Source of the DNA: a virus
Taxonomy: Duplodnaviria; Heunggongvirae; Uroviricota; Caudoviricetes
Reading direction: 5' to 3' (one strand)
Virus record (IMG/VR): IMGVR_UViG_2563366846_000004
DNA length: 36,941 nucleotides
Below are positions 11,942 through 21,058 of this stretch, one piece after another. Under the pieces are notes generated by a model. That model ran no database searches. It was given only the letters and a program-made list of their open reading frames with translations, and was not told the DNA's origin. Every line of letters starts with the position of its first letter. The stretch's first letter is position 1. Position numbers and translations under genes: made by a program.

Positions 11942-12694
11942 TTATGCTGCAAGTCTCTTAACCCAAGTCTCTCTTTTGGAGAATGGTAGAACTTGGCTTG
12001 ATTCATGGAAGAGTAAGGAGAGTTGTTGCATTTGATCACCAATTGCTTCGCTGTCTATAACAACAAATCTGTTGTTATACTCCTCACTTGAAGCTTTAAG
12101 ATCAATTAGTTTCCCAAGCAATGAGTAAGCACTATTCCAGCTTCCTCCGTGTTTCACGCTTGATGTAAAAACGTATTTAGGTATGTCGGTTTTTATTGTT
12201 ACAGGGACGGTAATTTGATGTCCACTCAAGCCATATACGTTTTCACGAAGAGAAAGTGCGTCTCTAAGCTCTGTGTGATATAGATAATCAATAACCATAC
12301 TTTCAAACTTTTCAGCTTGAACTGGCTGATACCAGTCTAACGACAAAGTTGATGCGAGTATACCAGCTCTAATTATGTTCGATGTAATCGCACCGACATC
12401 CTTTTCTGTTGCCCAAGCAATGATTTCTCCTCGAGCATTGAGTTCTGCGCCTTCTTTAAGCAGTAATTGTCGTATCTCATCAAGTCGTTTTTTGGTAAGC
12501 GAGATCCCTCTTGCCTCCATATTCATTAAGGCATCGCATCTGTCACTAACTAAATACCTACCATTGACTTCACGGATAAAGGCACCGACATGCTCTCCAT
12601 CATCACAGTAAGTGAATGGACTGATAATTCTCAAGGTCTTGCCTATTGGATGGCATTCGAAACCTAGTTGTGAGATCACTGTTGAGCACATCAT
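11942..12694 (-). CDS. Uncharacterized protein, 250 aa; second gene of the cI-linked two-gene operon in the rexAB position
   Basis: ATG overlaps the stop of the upstream gene (ATGA); AT-rich; no transmembrane segment or motif that I recognise; followed by a terminator. Confidence 0.6.
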   Translation of the reverse strand: MMCSTVISQLGFECHPIGKTLRIISPFTYCDDGEHVGAFIREVNGRYLVSDRCDALMNMEARGISLTKKRLDEIRQLLLKEGAELNARGEIIAWATEKDVGAITSNIIRAGILASTLSLDWYQPVQAEKFESMVIDYLYHTELRDALSLRENVYGLSGHQITVPVTIKTDIPKYVFTSSVKHGGSWNSAYSLLGKLIDLKASSEEYNNRFVVIDSEAIGDQMQQLSLLFHESSQVLPFSKRETWVKRLAA

Positions 12695-13248
12695 ATTCCA
12701 AACCCCATTTGCCCCGACTCATCTTCAAGCGGTAAAGGTATTCTCCCAGAGTAAGTTATGTTCAGATGTTTACAGAAGTAATTCCAATACCCTACCAGGT
12801 CATCTGGGTTTATGTCATCTTCGATTGGAAACGCTATTCTATCACTATAGTATCCAGCTTCTTCATAGTATACATGGTAGTGAGCACCGTAAATGATATC
12901 TTGGTACTTCGGATGATCGACCTTGTAACTATTCGTGTGTTTGTCAAAGTGATAGGTATCTACCGCGAAAACCCTCTTGTTATGATAGAAAGCAATAATA
13001 TTTATTTTAGGGTAAGAAATCGGGTCATCAGGTTCTGAATCCTGATCTGGTTTCCATTTCAGTTCAAACTTTAGCCCTTGTATAGGTATACAATCCTCAT
13101 CCAAGGGGATGATATGGGCTTGTAGCCACATATCAGAGCGACTTGGTTTCTGTTTCCATTTAACGCCAGAAAAGTTAACTATTTTTTTACAATAAAGTAC
13201 TTTATCAACTTCTACTTGGCTTGGCTGATAATCATCTATTTTTGCCAA
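12691..13248 (-). CDS. Uncharacterized acidic protein, about 185 aa; first gene of the cI-linked operon
   Basis: Starts 39 nt downstream of the cI stop on the same strand with no intervening hairpin; start codon appears to be TTG at 13248 with a weak upstream AGGGCGG, next in-frame ATG is 39 codons downstream; no recognisable motif. Confidence 0.55.
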   Translation of the reverse strand: MAKIDDYQPSQVEVDKVLYCKKIVNFSGVKWKQKPSRSDMWLQAHIIPLDEDCIPIQGLKFELKWKPDQDSEPDDPISYPKINIIAFYHNKRVFAVDTYHFDKHTNSYKVDHPKYQDIIYGAHYHVYYEEAGYYSDRIAFPIEDDINPDDLVGYWNYFCKHLNITYSGRIPLPLEDESGQMGFGI

Positions 13249-13287
13249 TGTTTACCGCCCTGTAAATTGTAGATAAAAGTGGTTTCA

Positions 13288-13947
13288 TCACCCAAACGTC
13301 TCTTCAGGCCATTGGCTGGCGATAACTTTCCCCACAACGGAACAACTCTCATTGCATGGGATCATTGGGTATTGTGGGTTTAGTGGCTGTAGAAACACCT
13401 GACCGCTATCCCTGATCAGTTTCTTGAAGGTAAATTCATCACCACCAAGTCTGGCTATGCAGAAATCGCCGGGCTCAACAGCTTGCTCAGGGTCAACCAG
13501 AATTAACATCCCGTCAGGAAAGCTGGGTTTGGAACCTGTTGGTGCGGTCATTGAGTTACCTTCAACCTCAAGCCAGAATGCAGAGTCACTGGCTTTTTTG
13601 GTTGTGCTTACCAATCTCTCCGCATCGCCTTTGGTAAAGGTTCTGAGTTCTGGAGAGAACATCCCAGCCTGAACATGAGAAAAAACAGGGTACTCATATT
13701 GTTTTTTAACTGGGGCCGATGAGTATTCGCCAACAGGTGAAAATGTCCCGTCGTGGTTGAATGATATGTTATCAATACCAAGGTATTTAAACACCACACC
13801 AATATCACTAAGAGATGGATGACGAGATCCGCGCAACCAGTGTCCAATCCCACCCTGCGTCATACCTAGCTCTTCGGCTAACTTCTCTTGAGTTATGCCG
13901 AGCTCTTTCATTCTGGATCTAGCCAGTTCATACCATTTCATTTTCAT
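13288..13947 (-). CDS. cI: cI repressor, S24 LexA-like, with a lambda-type C-terminal domain and a divergent N-terminal HTH domain
   Basis: C-terminal roughly 100 residues match lambda cI by recollection; N-terminal HTH ([21 protein letters not shown]) differs from lambda; start at internal Met of the track ORF. Confidence 0.85.
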   Translation of the reverse strand: MKMKWYELARSRMKELGITQEKLAEELGMTQGGIGHWLRGSRHPSLSDIGVVFKYLGIDNISFNHDGTFSPVGEYSSAPVKKQYEYPVFSHVQAGMFSPELRTFTKGDAERLVSTTKKASDSAFWLEVEGNSMTAPTGSKPSFPDGMLILVDPEQAVEPGDFCIARLGGDEFTFKKLIRDSGQVFLQPLNPQYPMIPCNESCSVVGKVIASQWPEETFG

Positions 13948-14058
13948 GTCCTTATTATTACGCTCTGTACTGGAACCATCCATGCACAATGTGTATTTTT
14001 ACTTGTATTCGCAAAGTACATATTGTATTTTTTTATTCGTGTTTACTATGGAGGGCAT
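13948..14058. promoter_or_regulatory. Divergent cI/cro control region (oR, pRM, pR) with dyad-symmetric candidate operators
   Basis: Dyads CACAATGTG (about 13985-13993), TACTTGTATTCGCAAAGTA (14000-14018) and GTACATATTGTA (14016-14027); a related GTACGATATGTAC lies upstream of N at 11698-11710. Confidence 0.45.
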
Positions 14059-14274
14059 ATGAGCAACCTACGAAAATATCGAGAGTCACTGAATATCTCT
14101 CAAACAACACTTGCTAAGGCAGTTGGATGCACACAGGGAGCTATCGGACATTGGGAATCTGGTCGTCGCTTCCCAGACCTTAAAACATGCCGTGCTCTTG
14201 TTGCGTGCCTAAACAAGTTAGGCGCAAAAGTCAGTCTTGATGACGTGTTCCCGCCGGAACACAAAGCCGCTTAA
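14059..14274 (+). CDS. cro: Cro-like HTH repressor, 71 aa
   Basis: ATG preceded by GGAGGG; HTH motif QTTLAKAVGCTQGAIGHWESG; divergent from cI. Confidence 0.7.
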   Translation: MSNLRKYRESLNISQTTLAKAVGCTQGAIGHWESGRRFPDLKTCRALVACLNKLGAKVSLDDVFPPEHKAA

Positions 14275-14284
14275 TAAGCGGATC

Positions 14285-14329
14285 CGCTCTTTGTAACAAC
14301 GGACATTCGTCCTACGTCGCTGAAAAGCG
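14285..14329 (+). promoter_or_regulatory. nutR: Putative nutR: boxA-like CGCTCTTTG plus boxB-like hairpin UCGCUGAAAAGCGA
   Basis: boxA-like at 14285-14293 immediately after the cro stop; stem-loop at 14316-14329 sharing the core GCUGAAAAGC with the nutL hairpin. Confidence 0.45.
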
Positions 14330-14415
14330 AGTTCCAAGATATCTGACCAACTAAGGCCATATGCGTTTCCACGCATACCTTTCAACTAACTATTCACTAT
14401 TGGAAATCTTAAGAA

Positions 14416-14712
14416 ATGGAAAGAACAAGTTACAGCAAACTATCACAGCGTGACGTTGATCGCGCAGAAACAGATTTACTTATCAATCTGTCAGCTATTA
14501 CCCAGCGCGGTCTGGCAAAGATGATTGGCTGTCATGAATCGAAGATAAGCAGAACGGACTGGAGATTTATTGCTTCGGTCTTGTGTGCTTTCGGAATGGC
14601 ATCAGACATCAGTCCGATTAGCAGGGCTTTTAAGTATGCGCTTGATGGACTCACCAATAAAAAACGCCCGGCGGCAACCGAGCGTTCTGAACAAATCCAG
14701 ATGGAATTCTGA
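14416..14712 (+). CDS. cII: Transcriptional activator cII, 98 aa
   Basis: C-terminal LTNKKRPAATERSEQIQMEF matches lambda cII by recollection; N-terminal part divergent. Confidence 0.8.
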   Translation: MERTSYSKLSQRDVDRAETDLLINLSAITQRGLAKMIGCHESKISRTDWRFIASVLCAFGMASDISPISRAFKYALDGLTNKKRPAATERSEQIQMEF

Positions 14713-14744
14713 GGTCATTACTGGATCAATCCACAGGAGTCATT

Positions 14745-15644
14745 ATGACAAATACAGCAAAAATACTCAACTTCTGCAGAGGTAACTTTGCCAAACAGGA
14801 GCGTAATGTGGCAGATCTCGATGATGGTTACGCCAGACTATCAAATATGCTGCTTGAGGCTTATTCAGGCGCAGATCTGACCAAGCGACAGTTTAAAGTG
14901 CTGCTTGCCATTCTGCGTAAAACCTATGGATGGAATAAACCAATGGACAGAATCACCGATTCTCAACTTAGCGAGATTACAAAGTTACCCGTCAAACGGT
15001 GCAATGAAGCCAAGTTAGAACTCGTCAGAATGAATATTATCAAGCAGCAAGGCGGCATGTTTGGACCAAATAAAAACATCTCAGAATGGTGTATCCCTCA
15101 AAACGAGGGAAAATCCCCTAAAACGAGGGATAAAACATCCCTCAAATTGGGGGATTGCTATCCCTCAAAACAGGGGGACACAAAAGACACTATTACAAAA
15201 GAAAAAAGAAAAGATTATTCGTCAGAGAATTCTGGCGAATCCTCTGACCAGCCAGAAAACGACCTTTCTGTGGTGAAACCGGATGCTGCAATTCAGAGCG
15301 GCAGCAAGTGGGGGACAGCAGAAGACCTGACCGCCGCAGAGTGGATGTTTGACATGGTGAAGACCATCGCGCCATCAGCCAGAAAACCGAATTTTGCAGG
15401 GTGGGCTAACGATATCCGCCTGATGCGTGAACGTGACGGACGTAACCACCGCGACATGTGCGTGCTGTTCCGCTGGGCATGCCAGGACAACTTCTGGTCC
15501 GGTAACGTGCTAAGTCCGGCCAAACTCCGCGACAAGTGGACCCAACTCGAAATCAACCGTAACAAGCAACAGGCAGGCGTGACAGCTAGCAAACCAAAAC
15601 TCGACCTGACAAACACAGACTGGATTTACGGGGTGGATTTATGA
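14745..15644 (+). CDS. O: Replication initiator O, 299 aa
   Basis: 299 aa; contains the ori iterons internally; near-identical to lambda O by recollection. Confidence 0.9.
   Translation: MTNTAKILNFCRGNFAKQERNVADLDDGYARLSNMLLEAYSGADLTKRQFKVLLAILRKTYGWNKPMDRITDSQLSEITKLPVKRCNEAKLELVRMNIIKQQGGMFGPNKNISEWCIPQNEGKSPKTRDKTSLKLGDCYPSKQGDTKDTITKEKRKDYSSENSGESSDQPENDLSVVKPDAAIQSGSKWGTAEDLTAAEWMFDMVKTIAPSARKPNFAGWANDIRLMRERDGRNHRDMCVLFRWACQDNFWSGNVLSPAKLRDKWTQLEINRNKQQAGVTASKPKLDLTNTDWIYGVDL
15092..15230 (+). repeat. ori: Replication origin: four roughly 19-bp iterons followed by an AT-rich stretch, inside O
   Basis: Iterons TATCCCTCAAAACGAGGGA, AAATCCCCTAAAACGAGGGA, AACATCCCTCAAATTGGGGGA, CTATCCCTCAAAACAGGGGGA at about 15092-15178, then A-rich 15179-15230. 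Confidence 0.8.
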
Positions 15645-16342
15645 AAAACATCGCCGCACAGATGATTAACTTTGACCGTGAGCAGATGCGTCGGATCGCC
15701 AACAACATGCCGGAACAGTACGACGAAAAGCCTCAGGTACAGCAGGTAGCGCAGATCATCAATGGTGTGTTCAGCCAGTTACTGGCAACTTTCCCGGCGA
15801 GCCTGGCTAACCGGGACCAGAACGAACTGAACGAAATCCGCCGCCAGTGGGTTCTGGCTTTCCGGGAAAACGGGATCACCACAATGGAACAGGTTAACGC
15901 AGGAATGCGCGTAGCCCGTCGGCAGAATCGACCATTCCTGCCATCACCCGGGCAGTTTGTTGCATGGTGCCGGGAAGAAGCATCCGTTATCGCCGGACTG
16001 CCAAACGTCAGCGAGCTGGTTGATATGGTTTACGAGTATTGCCGGAAGCGAGGCCTGTATCCGGATGCAGAGTCTTATCCGTGGAAATCGAACGCGCACT
16101 ACTGGCTGGTTACCAACCTGTACCAGAACATGCGGGCCAATGCGCTGACTGACGCGGAATTACGACGCAAGGCTGCCGATGAACTGACCTGTATGACAGC
16201 GCGAATTAACCGTGGTGAGACGATACCTGAACCAGTAAAACAACTTCCTGTCATGGGCGGCAGACCTCTAAATCGTGTTCAGGCGCTGGCGAAGATCGCA
16301 GAAATTAAAGCTAAGTTAGGACTGAAAGGAGCAAGTGTATGA
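15641..16342 (+). CDS. P: Replication protein P (helicase loader), 233 aa
   Basis: 233 aa, overlaps the O stop; matches lambda P by recollection. Confidence 0.9.
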   Translation: MKNIAAQMINFDREQMRRIANNMPEQYDEKPQVQQVAQIINGVFSQLLATFPASLANRDQNELNEIRRQWVLAFRENGITTMEQVNAGMRVARRQNRPFLPSPGQFVAWCREEASVIAGLPNVSELVDMVYEYCRKRGLYPDAESYPWKSNAHYWLVTNLYQNMRANALTDAELRRKAADELTCMTARINRGETIPEPVKQLPVMGGRPLNRVQALAKIAEIKAKLGLKGASV

Positions 16343-16629
16343 CGGGCAAAGAGGCAATTATTCATTACCTGGGGACGCATAATAGCTTCTGTGCGCCGGA
16401 CGTTGCCGCGCTAACAGGCGCAACAGTAACCAGCATAAATCAGGCCGCGGCTAAAATGGCACGGGCAGGTCTTCTGGTTATCGAAGGTAAGGTCTGGCGA
16501 ACGGTGTATTACCGGTTTGCTACCAAGGAAGAACGGGAAGGAAAGATGAGCACGAACCTGATTTTTAAGGAGTGTCGCCAGAGTGCCACGATGAAACGGA
16601 TATTGGCGGTATATGGAGTTAAAAGATGA
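16339..16629 (+). CDS. ren: Ren protein, 96 aa
   Basis: 96 aa, overlaps the P stop; lambda Ren-like. Confidence 0.75.
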   Translation: MTGKEAIIHYLGTHNSFCAPDVAALTGATVTSINQAAAKMARAGLLVIEGKVWRTVYYRFATKEEREGKMSTNLIFKECRQSATMKRILAVYGVKR

Positions 16630-16654
16630 CCATCTACATCACTGAGCTAATAAC

Positions 16655-16687
16655 AGGCCTGCAGGTAATCGCAGGCCTTTTTATTTG
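16655..16687 (+). terminator. Rho-independent terminator between ren and ninB (tR2-like)
   Basis: Stem AGGCCTGC/GCAGGCCT with 8-nt loop followed by TTTTATTT. Confidence 0.5.
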
Positions 16688-16702
16688 GGGGAGAGGGAAG
16701 TC

Positions 16703-17143
16703 ATGAAAAAACTAACCTTTGAAATTCGATCTCCGGCACATCAGCAAAACGCTATTCACGCAGTACAGCAAATCCTTCCAGACCCAACCAAACCAATCGT
16801 AGTAACCATTCAGGAACGCAACCGCAGCTTAGACCAAAACAGGAAGCTATGGGCCTGCTTAGGTGACGTCTCTCGTCAGGTTGAATGGCATGGTCGCTGG
16901 CTGGATGCAGAAAGCTGGAAGTGTGTGTTTACCGCAGCATTAAAGCAGCAGGATGTTGTTCCTAACCTTGCCGGGAATGGCTTTGTGGTAATAGGCCAGT
17001 CAACCAGCAGGATGCGTGTAAGCGAATTTGCGGAGCTATTAGAGCTTATACAGGCATTCGGTACAGAGCGTGGCGTTAAGTGGTCAGACGAAGCGCGACT
17101 GGCTCTCGAATGGAAAGCGCGATGGGGAGATCGGGCTGCATGA
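16703..17143 (+). CDS. ninB: NinB recombination protein, 146 aa
   Basis: Start MKKLTFEIRSP preceded by a G-rich SD; lambda NinB-like by recollection. Confidence 0.8.
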   Translation: MKKLTFEIRSPAHQQNAIHAVQQILPDPTKPIVVTIQERNRSLDQNRKLWACLGDVSRQVEWHGRWLDAESWKCVFTAALKQQDVVPNLAGNGFVVIGQSTSRMRVSEFAELLELIQAFGTERGVKWSDEARLALEWKARWGDRAA

Positions 17144-17667
17144 CTATCAAATCAAATACGCCAGCACACGACAAGGACTGCTGGCAAACGCCGCTTTGGC
17201 TTTTTGATGCACTGGATATTGAGTTTGGATTCTGGCTGGATTCGGCAGCGAGCGACAAAAATGCTCTGTGCGCTCACTGGCTAACTGAGGACGACGACGC
17301 GCTCAATTCTGAGTGGGTAAGCCACGGTGCAATCTGGAATAACCCACCGTACAGCAATATCAGGCCGTGGGTGGAAAAAGCCGCTGAGCAGTGTATACAA
17401 CAGCGACAGACGGTAGTGATGCTTGTGCCAGAGGATATGTCTGTCGGATGGTTCAGCAAGGCTCTGGAGAGTGTTGACGAAGTTCGTATTATCACTGATG
17501 GACGGATTAATTTTATCGAACCATCGACAGGGCTGGAGAAGAAGGGAAACAGCAAAGGCTCCATGCTGCTGATTTGGCGACCGTTCATCAGTCCTCGACG
17601 GATGTTTACTACCGTATCCAAAGCGGCATTGATGGCGATCGGGCAGGGCGTCAGGAGGGCTGCATGA
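17140..17667 (+). CDS. Phage DNA N6-adenine methyltransferase (Dam-like), about 175 aa
   Basis: Catalytic motif NPPY (WNNPPYS); ATGA overlap with ninB at the start and with ninE at the end; occupies the lambda ninC position. Confidence 0.75.
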   Translation: MTIKSNTPAHDKDCWQTPLWLFDALDIEFGFWLDSAASDKNALCAHWLTEDDDALNSEWVSHGAIWNNPPYSNIRPWVEKAAEQCIQQRQTVVMLVPEDMSVGWFSKALESVDEVRIITDGRINFIEPSTGLEKKGNSKGSMLLIWRPFISPRRMFTTVSKAALMAIGQGVRRAA

Positions 17668-17840
17668 GACGACAGCGACGAAGCATCACCGACATAATCT
17701 GCGAAAACTGCAAATACCTTCCAACGAAACGCTCCAGAAATAAACGCAAGCTAATCCCAAAAGAATCTGACGTAAAAACCTTCAATTACACAGCCCACCT
17801 GTGGGATATCCGGTGGCTAAGATATCGTGCGAGGAAATGA
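17664..17840 (+). CDS. ninE: NinE protein, 58 aa
   Basis: Internal Met of the track ORF ([10 protein letters not shown]) with ATGA coupling; lambda NinE-like. Confidence 0.6.
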   Translation: MRRQRRSITDIICENCKYLPTKRSRNKRKLIPKESDVKTFNYTAHLWDIRWLRYRARK

Positions 17841-18184
17841 CAATGGATTATTCACAGTTAAGTGATTTTGAAATTAACAGAATGGTAGGAGACATAATTT
17901 TTAAAGGCCTTTGGGCAAGTAAACCGGAAACATCAGGGAATAACACCAACAAATGGTATTACGGAAATGCTGATACAACTTTTGAGCCATTAAATCATTT
18001 GCCTGACTACTGCAATGATCCGAGCGCTTCATGGCCGATTATTGAGAAATACAGGATTTCTATCTTAGACCAGTTAACTGAATGGTGTGTGGATGCAAAA
18101 GGCGTAAGCCCAATATTTGATACCAGACCTCTCCGCGCCGCCATGATTGTCTTTCTCCTGATGCAGGAGGCCAATAATGCTTAG
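17837..18184 (+). CDS. Hypothetical nin-region protein, 115 aa
   Basis: ATGA-coupled ORF; no recognisable motif. Confidence 0.45.
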   Translation: MTMDYSQLSDFEINRMVGDIIFKGLWASKPETSGNNTNKWYYGNADTTFEPLNHLPDYCNDPSASWPIIEKYRISILDQLTEWCVDAKGVSPIFDTRPLRAAMIVFLLMQEANNA

Positions 18185-18371
18185 CCCATCTCAATCCCTT
18201 CAATACCTGAAAGAAAGCATAGAGCGGGCTTCAATGTGCACAGAGTGGATTCTATCTAGGTTTAGCGCATACAGAAGATTGCCGGTAAAGGGCATGCCAA
18301 GCAAGTCGATGCTGCATATGCAAAAGAATGCGCGCTGGAAGGTATGGCGAGAACACAGGTTATGTGGCTGA
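18177..18371 (+). CDS. NinF-like protein, 64 aa; N-terminal 20 residues NinF-like, remainder divergent
   Basis: N-terminus [18 protein letters not shown] resembles lambda NinF by recollection; downstream sequence does not. Confidence 0.4.
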   Translation: MLSPSQSLQYLKESIERASMCTEWILSRFSAYRRLPVKGMPSKSMLHMQKNARWKVWREHRLCG

Positions 18372-18390
18372 AAGAGGGGGTTATTAAGGC

Positions 18391-18753
18391 GTGAATACCT
18401 ACAGCATCACATTACCCTGGCCTCCGAGCAATAATCGCTATTACCGCCATAATCGCGGGCGCACGCACGTCAGCGCAGAGGGGCAGGCATACCGCGATAA
18501 CGTCGCCCGAATCATTAAAAACGCAATGCTGGATATCGGCCTGGCTATGCCTGTGAAAATCCGCATTGAGTGCCACATGCCGGATCGCCGTCGCCGTGAC
18601 CTGGATAATCTGCAAAAAGCCGCTTTTGACGCACTCACTAAAGCAGGTTTCTGGCTGGATGATGCTCAGGTCGTTGATTACCGCGTTGTGAAGATGCCTG
18701 TTACCAAAGGTGGGAGGCTGGAACTGACCATCACCGAAATGGGGAATGAATGA
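18391..18753 (+). CDS. rusA: Crossover junction endodeoxyribonuclease RusA (Holliday junction resolvase), 120 aa
   Basis: 120 aa; matches E. coli prophage RusA by recollection. Confidence 0.85.
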   Translation: MNTYSITLPWPPSNNRYYRHNRGRTHVSAEGQAYRDNVARIIKNAMLDIGLAMPVKIRIECHMPDRRRRDLDNLQKAAFDALTKAGFWLDDAQVVDYRVVKMPVTKGGRLELTITEMGNE

Positions 18754-18890
18754 TGTTTGAGTTTAATATGGCAGAACTTCTTCGCCACCGCTGGGGGCGT
18801 CTGCGCTTATATCGTTTCCTCGGTTCTGTTTTGACCGATTACCGAATACTGAAGAATTACGCCAAAACCCTGACAGGAACAGGAGTATGA
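18750..18890 (+). CDS. Small protein, 46 aa, YlcG-like
   Basis: Hand translation [46 protein letters not shown]; overlaps the rusA stop; below the ORF-track cutoff. Confidence 0.4.
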   Translation: MMFEFNMAELLRHRWGRLRLYRFLGSVLTDYRILKNYAKTLTGTGV

Positions 18891-18975
18891 AGTCAGAGAT
18901 AACAATCAACTAATACTGTTTTGTTGATTTTTGCTTGTAATTGGCGTTCTGGTCTGATTTTTGTGGAGTAAGTTG

Positions 18976-19359
18976 ATGCGTGATATTCAGATGGTTCTTG
19001 AGCGTTGGGGTGCGTGGGCGGCTAATAATCATGAAGATGTGACCTGGTCGTCCATTGCCGCCGGTTTTAAGGGATTAATTCCTTCAAAAGTAAAATCTCG
19101 CCCGCAATGTTGTGACGATGACGCGATGATCATTTGCGGGTGCATGGCCCGTCTGAAAAAGAACAACAGCGATTTACACGATTTATTAGTAGATTATTAT
19201 GTATGTGGTATGACATTCATGTCACTGGCAAGTAAGCATTGCTGCTCGGATGGTTATATCGGGAAAAGGTTACAGAAGGCTGAGGGCATAATTGAAGGGA
19301 TGTTAATGGCATTAGATATCCGGTTAGATATGGATATCGTTGCTAATAATTCTAATTGA
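18976..19359 (+). CDS. Q: Late-gene antiterminator Q, phage 82 / QuuD type, 127 aa
   Basis: Cys-rich zinc-binding region ([17 protein letters not shown]); position just upstream of the late region; start at ATG 18976. Confidence 0.8.
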   Translation: MRDIQMVLERWGAWAANNHEDVTWSSIAAGFKGLIPSKVKSRPQCCDDDAMIICGCMARLKKNNSDLHDLLVDYYVCGMTFMSLASKHCCSDGYIGKRLQKAEGIIEGMLMALDIRLDMDIVANNSN

Positions 19360-19391
19360 TATGCAATTGTTTACTAAAAGTTATTAAAAAT

Positions 19392-19409
19392 GGGGCGTGG
19401 AAACGCCCC
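19392..19409 (-). terminator. Hairpin with a U-tract on the minus strand, candidate terminator for the porin transcript
   Basis: GGGGCG/CGCCCC stem, followed on the minus strand by ATTTTTAATAA. Confidence 0.4.
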
Positions 19410-19495
19410 CAAAATAAAGGGTAATATATAACAGAAGGTTTATATAGTAAGAAGCAAGGTAGTGCTTCTAAAGGAAGTGGCTTGAGGGCTCCACT

Positions 19496-19536
19496 TATAT
19501 GTTGCGGAGGCAAAGCCTCCCGCAACATATCTTTTT
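19496..19536 (+). terminator. Strong hairpin followed by CTTTTT on the plus strand, candidate terminator for Q-region readthrough
   Basis: About 14-bp stem (ATATGTTGCGGAGG / CCTCCCGCAACATAT) then TCTTTTT; lies between the convergent Q and porin genes. Confidence 0.5.
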
Positions 19537-19547
19537 CGTAAGTCAGA

Positions 19548-20630
19548 TTAGAACTGATAAACCAGACCTACAGCGACGATGTCGTCGGTATCAATACCAG
19601 CTGTTTTGGTAAACTTACTATCGTCAATTAAGTTGATTTTGTAATCAACAAAAGTGGACATGTTTTTATTAAAGTAGTAAGTAGCACCGACATCGACATA
19701 CTTGACTAAGTCTCGGTCACCATGAACACCAAGGTCTTTACCTTTTGACTGAAGGTAAGCAACAGATGGACGCAGACCGAAGTCAAACTGATATTGTGCT
19801 ACTGCTTCAAAGTTTTGTGCTTTGTTTGCAATATGGTTATTACCAAAAACGGTCATATTCTGAGTTTCAGAATATGTGGTAGCCAGATAGATATTGTTCG
19901 CATCATATTTCAGGCCTGCAGCCCATACTTCCGCATTTTTGCCGGAGGCATTGAATTTGCTCTTACCATAGGCGACCTGACCGTCAGTGCGATCTGATTT
20001 AGCATAGGTTGCACCCACGCCGAATCCTTCATACTCATAAGTAGTGGAGAAACCGAAACCATCACCATTGGCTTCAGTTACGTCAGTGCGGTCATTTTTA
20101 CCCTGATACTGAGCAGCAAAGTTCAGGCCATCGACCAGACCAAAGAAGTCGTTGTTACGATAAGTTGCAACACCAGTAGTGCGACCAGTCATGAACACAT
20201 CTGTTTGGGTCCAGGTATCACCACCGAATTCTGGCAGAACGTCAGTCCACGCACCGATGTCGTATGCTACACCGTAGTTACGGCCGTAATCGATTGAGCC
20301 GTAATCACCAAATTTCAGGCCTGCAAATGCAAGACGGGTTTTGTCTTTGGAAGAACCTTGAGATTCAGCACGGTTGCCTTTGAATTCATATTCCCACTGA
20401 CCGAAACCAGTCAGTTGATCGTTGATTTGGGTTTCACCTTTGAAGCCAAGACGGGCATAAGTAGTATCACCATCATCTGCATCATTAGAGGAGAAGTAGT
20501 GCTTGGCATTAACTTTCCCGTATAGATCCAGCTTGTTACTGTCTTTATTATAAATTTCAGCTGCCTGAGCAGACATCGCCATCAGTACTGATGCAGCTAC
20601 AGCAGAAATTGCCACTGTTAATTTTTTCAT
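19548..20630 (-). CDS. nmpC: Outer-membrane general porin, OmpC/NmpC/Lc family, about 360 aa precursor
   Basis: Signal peptide [23 protein letters not shown], beta-barrel porin sequence ending in a C-terminal Phe (VYQF); sits between Q and the lysis cassette on the opposite strand, as nmpC does in DLP12; AT-rich upstream region. Confidence 0.85.
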   Translation of the reverse strand: MKKLTVAISAVAASVLMAMSAQAAEIYNKDSNKLDLYGKVNAKHYFSSNDADDGDTTYARLGFKGETQINDQLTGFGQWEYEFKGNRAESQGSSKDKTRLAFAGLKFGDYGSIDYGRNYGVAYDIGAWTDVLPEFGGDTWTQTDVFMTGRTTGVATYRNNDFFGLVDGLNFAAQYQGKNDRTDVTEANGDGFGFSTTYEYEGFGVGATYAKSDRTDGQVAYGKSKFNASGKNAEVWAAGLKYDANNIYLATTYSETQNMTVFGNNHIANKAQNFEAVAQYQFDFGLRPSVAYLQSKGKDLGVHGDRDLVKYVDVGATYYFNKNMSTFVDYKINLIDDSKFTKTAGIDTDDIVAVGLVYQF

Positions 20631-20949
20631 TGTACGCCCTTTTTTTGAACTATTATTAAAAAATGATGTCACTGCGCGATAAATATTCATCTAATCAATG
20701 TGATTATTTCAAGATGTAAGTTTTAGTTTCTCATTTAATTTGTGAAGTAGATCTCTATTTTTATCTGAACCTTTTCTATCTAATCCTATTCATGGCTCTT
20801 GTCTGAACAAAAATAAATCTATTAGCTAATTTATATTAATGGCACTTATTTATAAGTGCTCTATAATTCTTTAGCTTAATTTAAACAAACTAAAAATAAC
20901 ATCGGAAATTATTAACTGGTTATTTGTTGAAGTTTTCTTATGCATTTGT

Positions 20950-21035
20950 GGTGGTGTTTTGAACACTCGGTGGCATTCTCACAAATATCATTTAGTAGTT
21001 TACGTACGTAAAAAATTGGTTATGCTGTTAAGAGT
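20950..21035 (+). promoter_or_regulatory. Candidate late promoter region (pR'-like) with Q-utilisation site
   Basis: Possible -35 TTTACG (20999-21004) and -10 TATGCT (21021-21026) about 35 nt upstream of a terminator hairpin; weak match, position-based. Confidence 0.3.
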
Positions 21036-21058
21036 GGTTACTTCGTCACACAGCTTAA

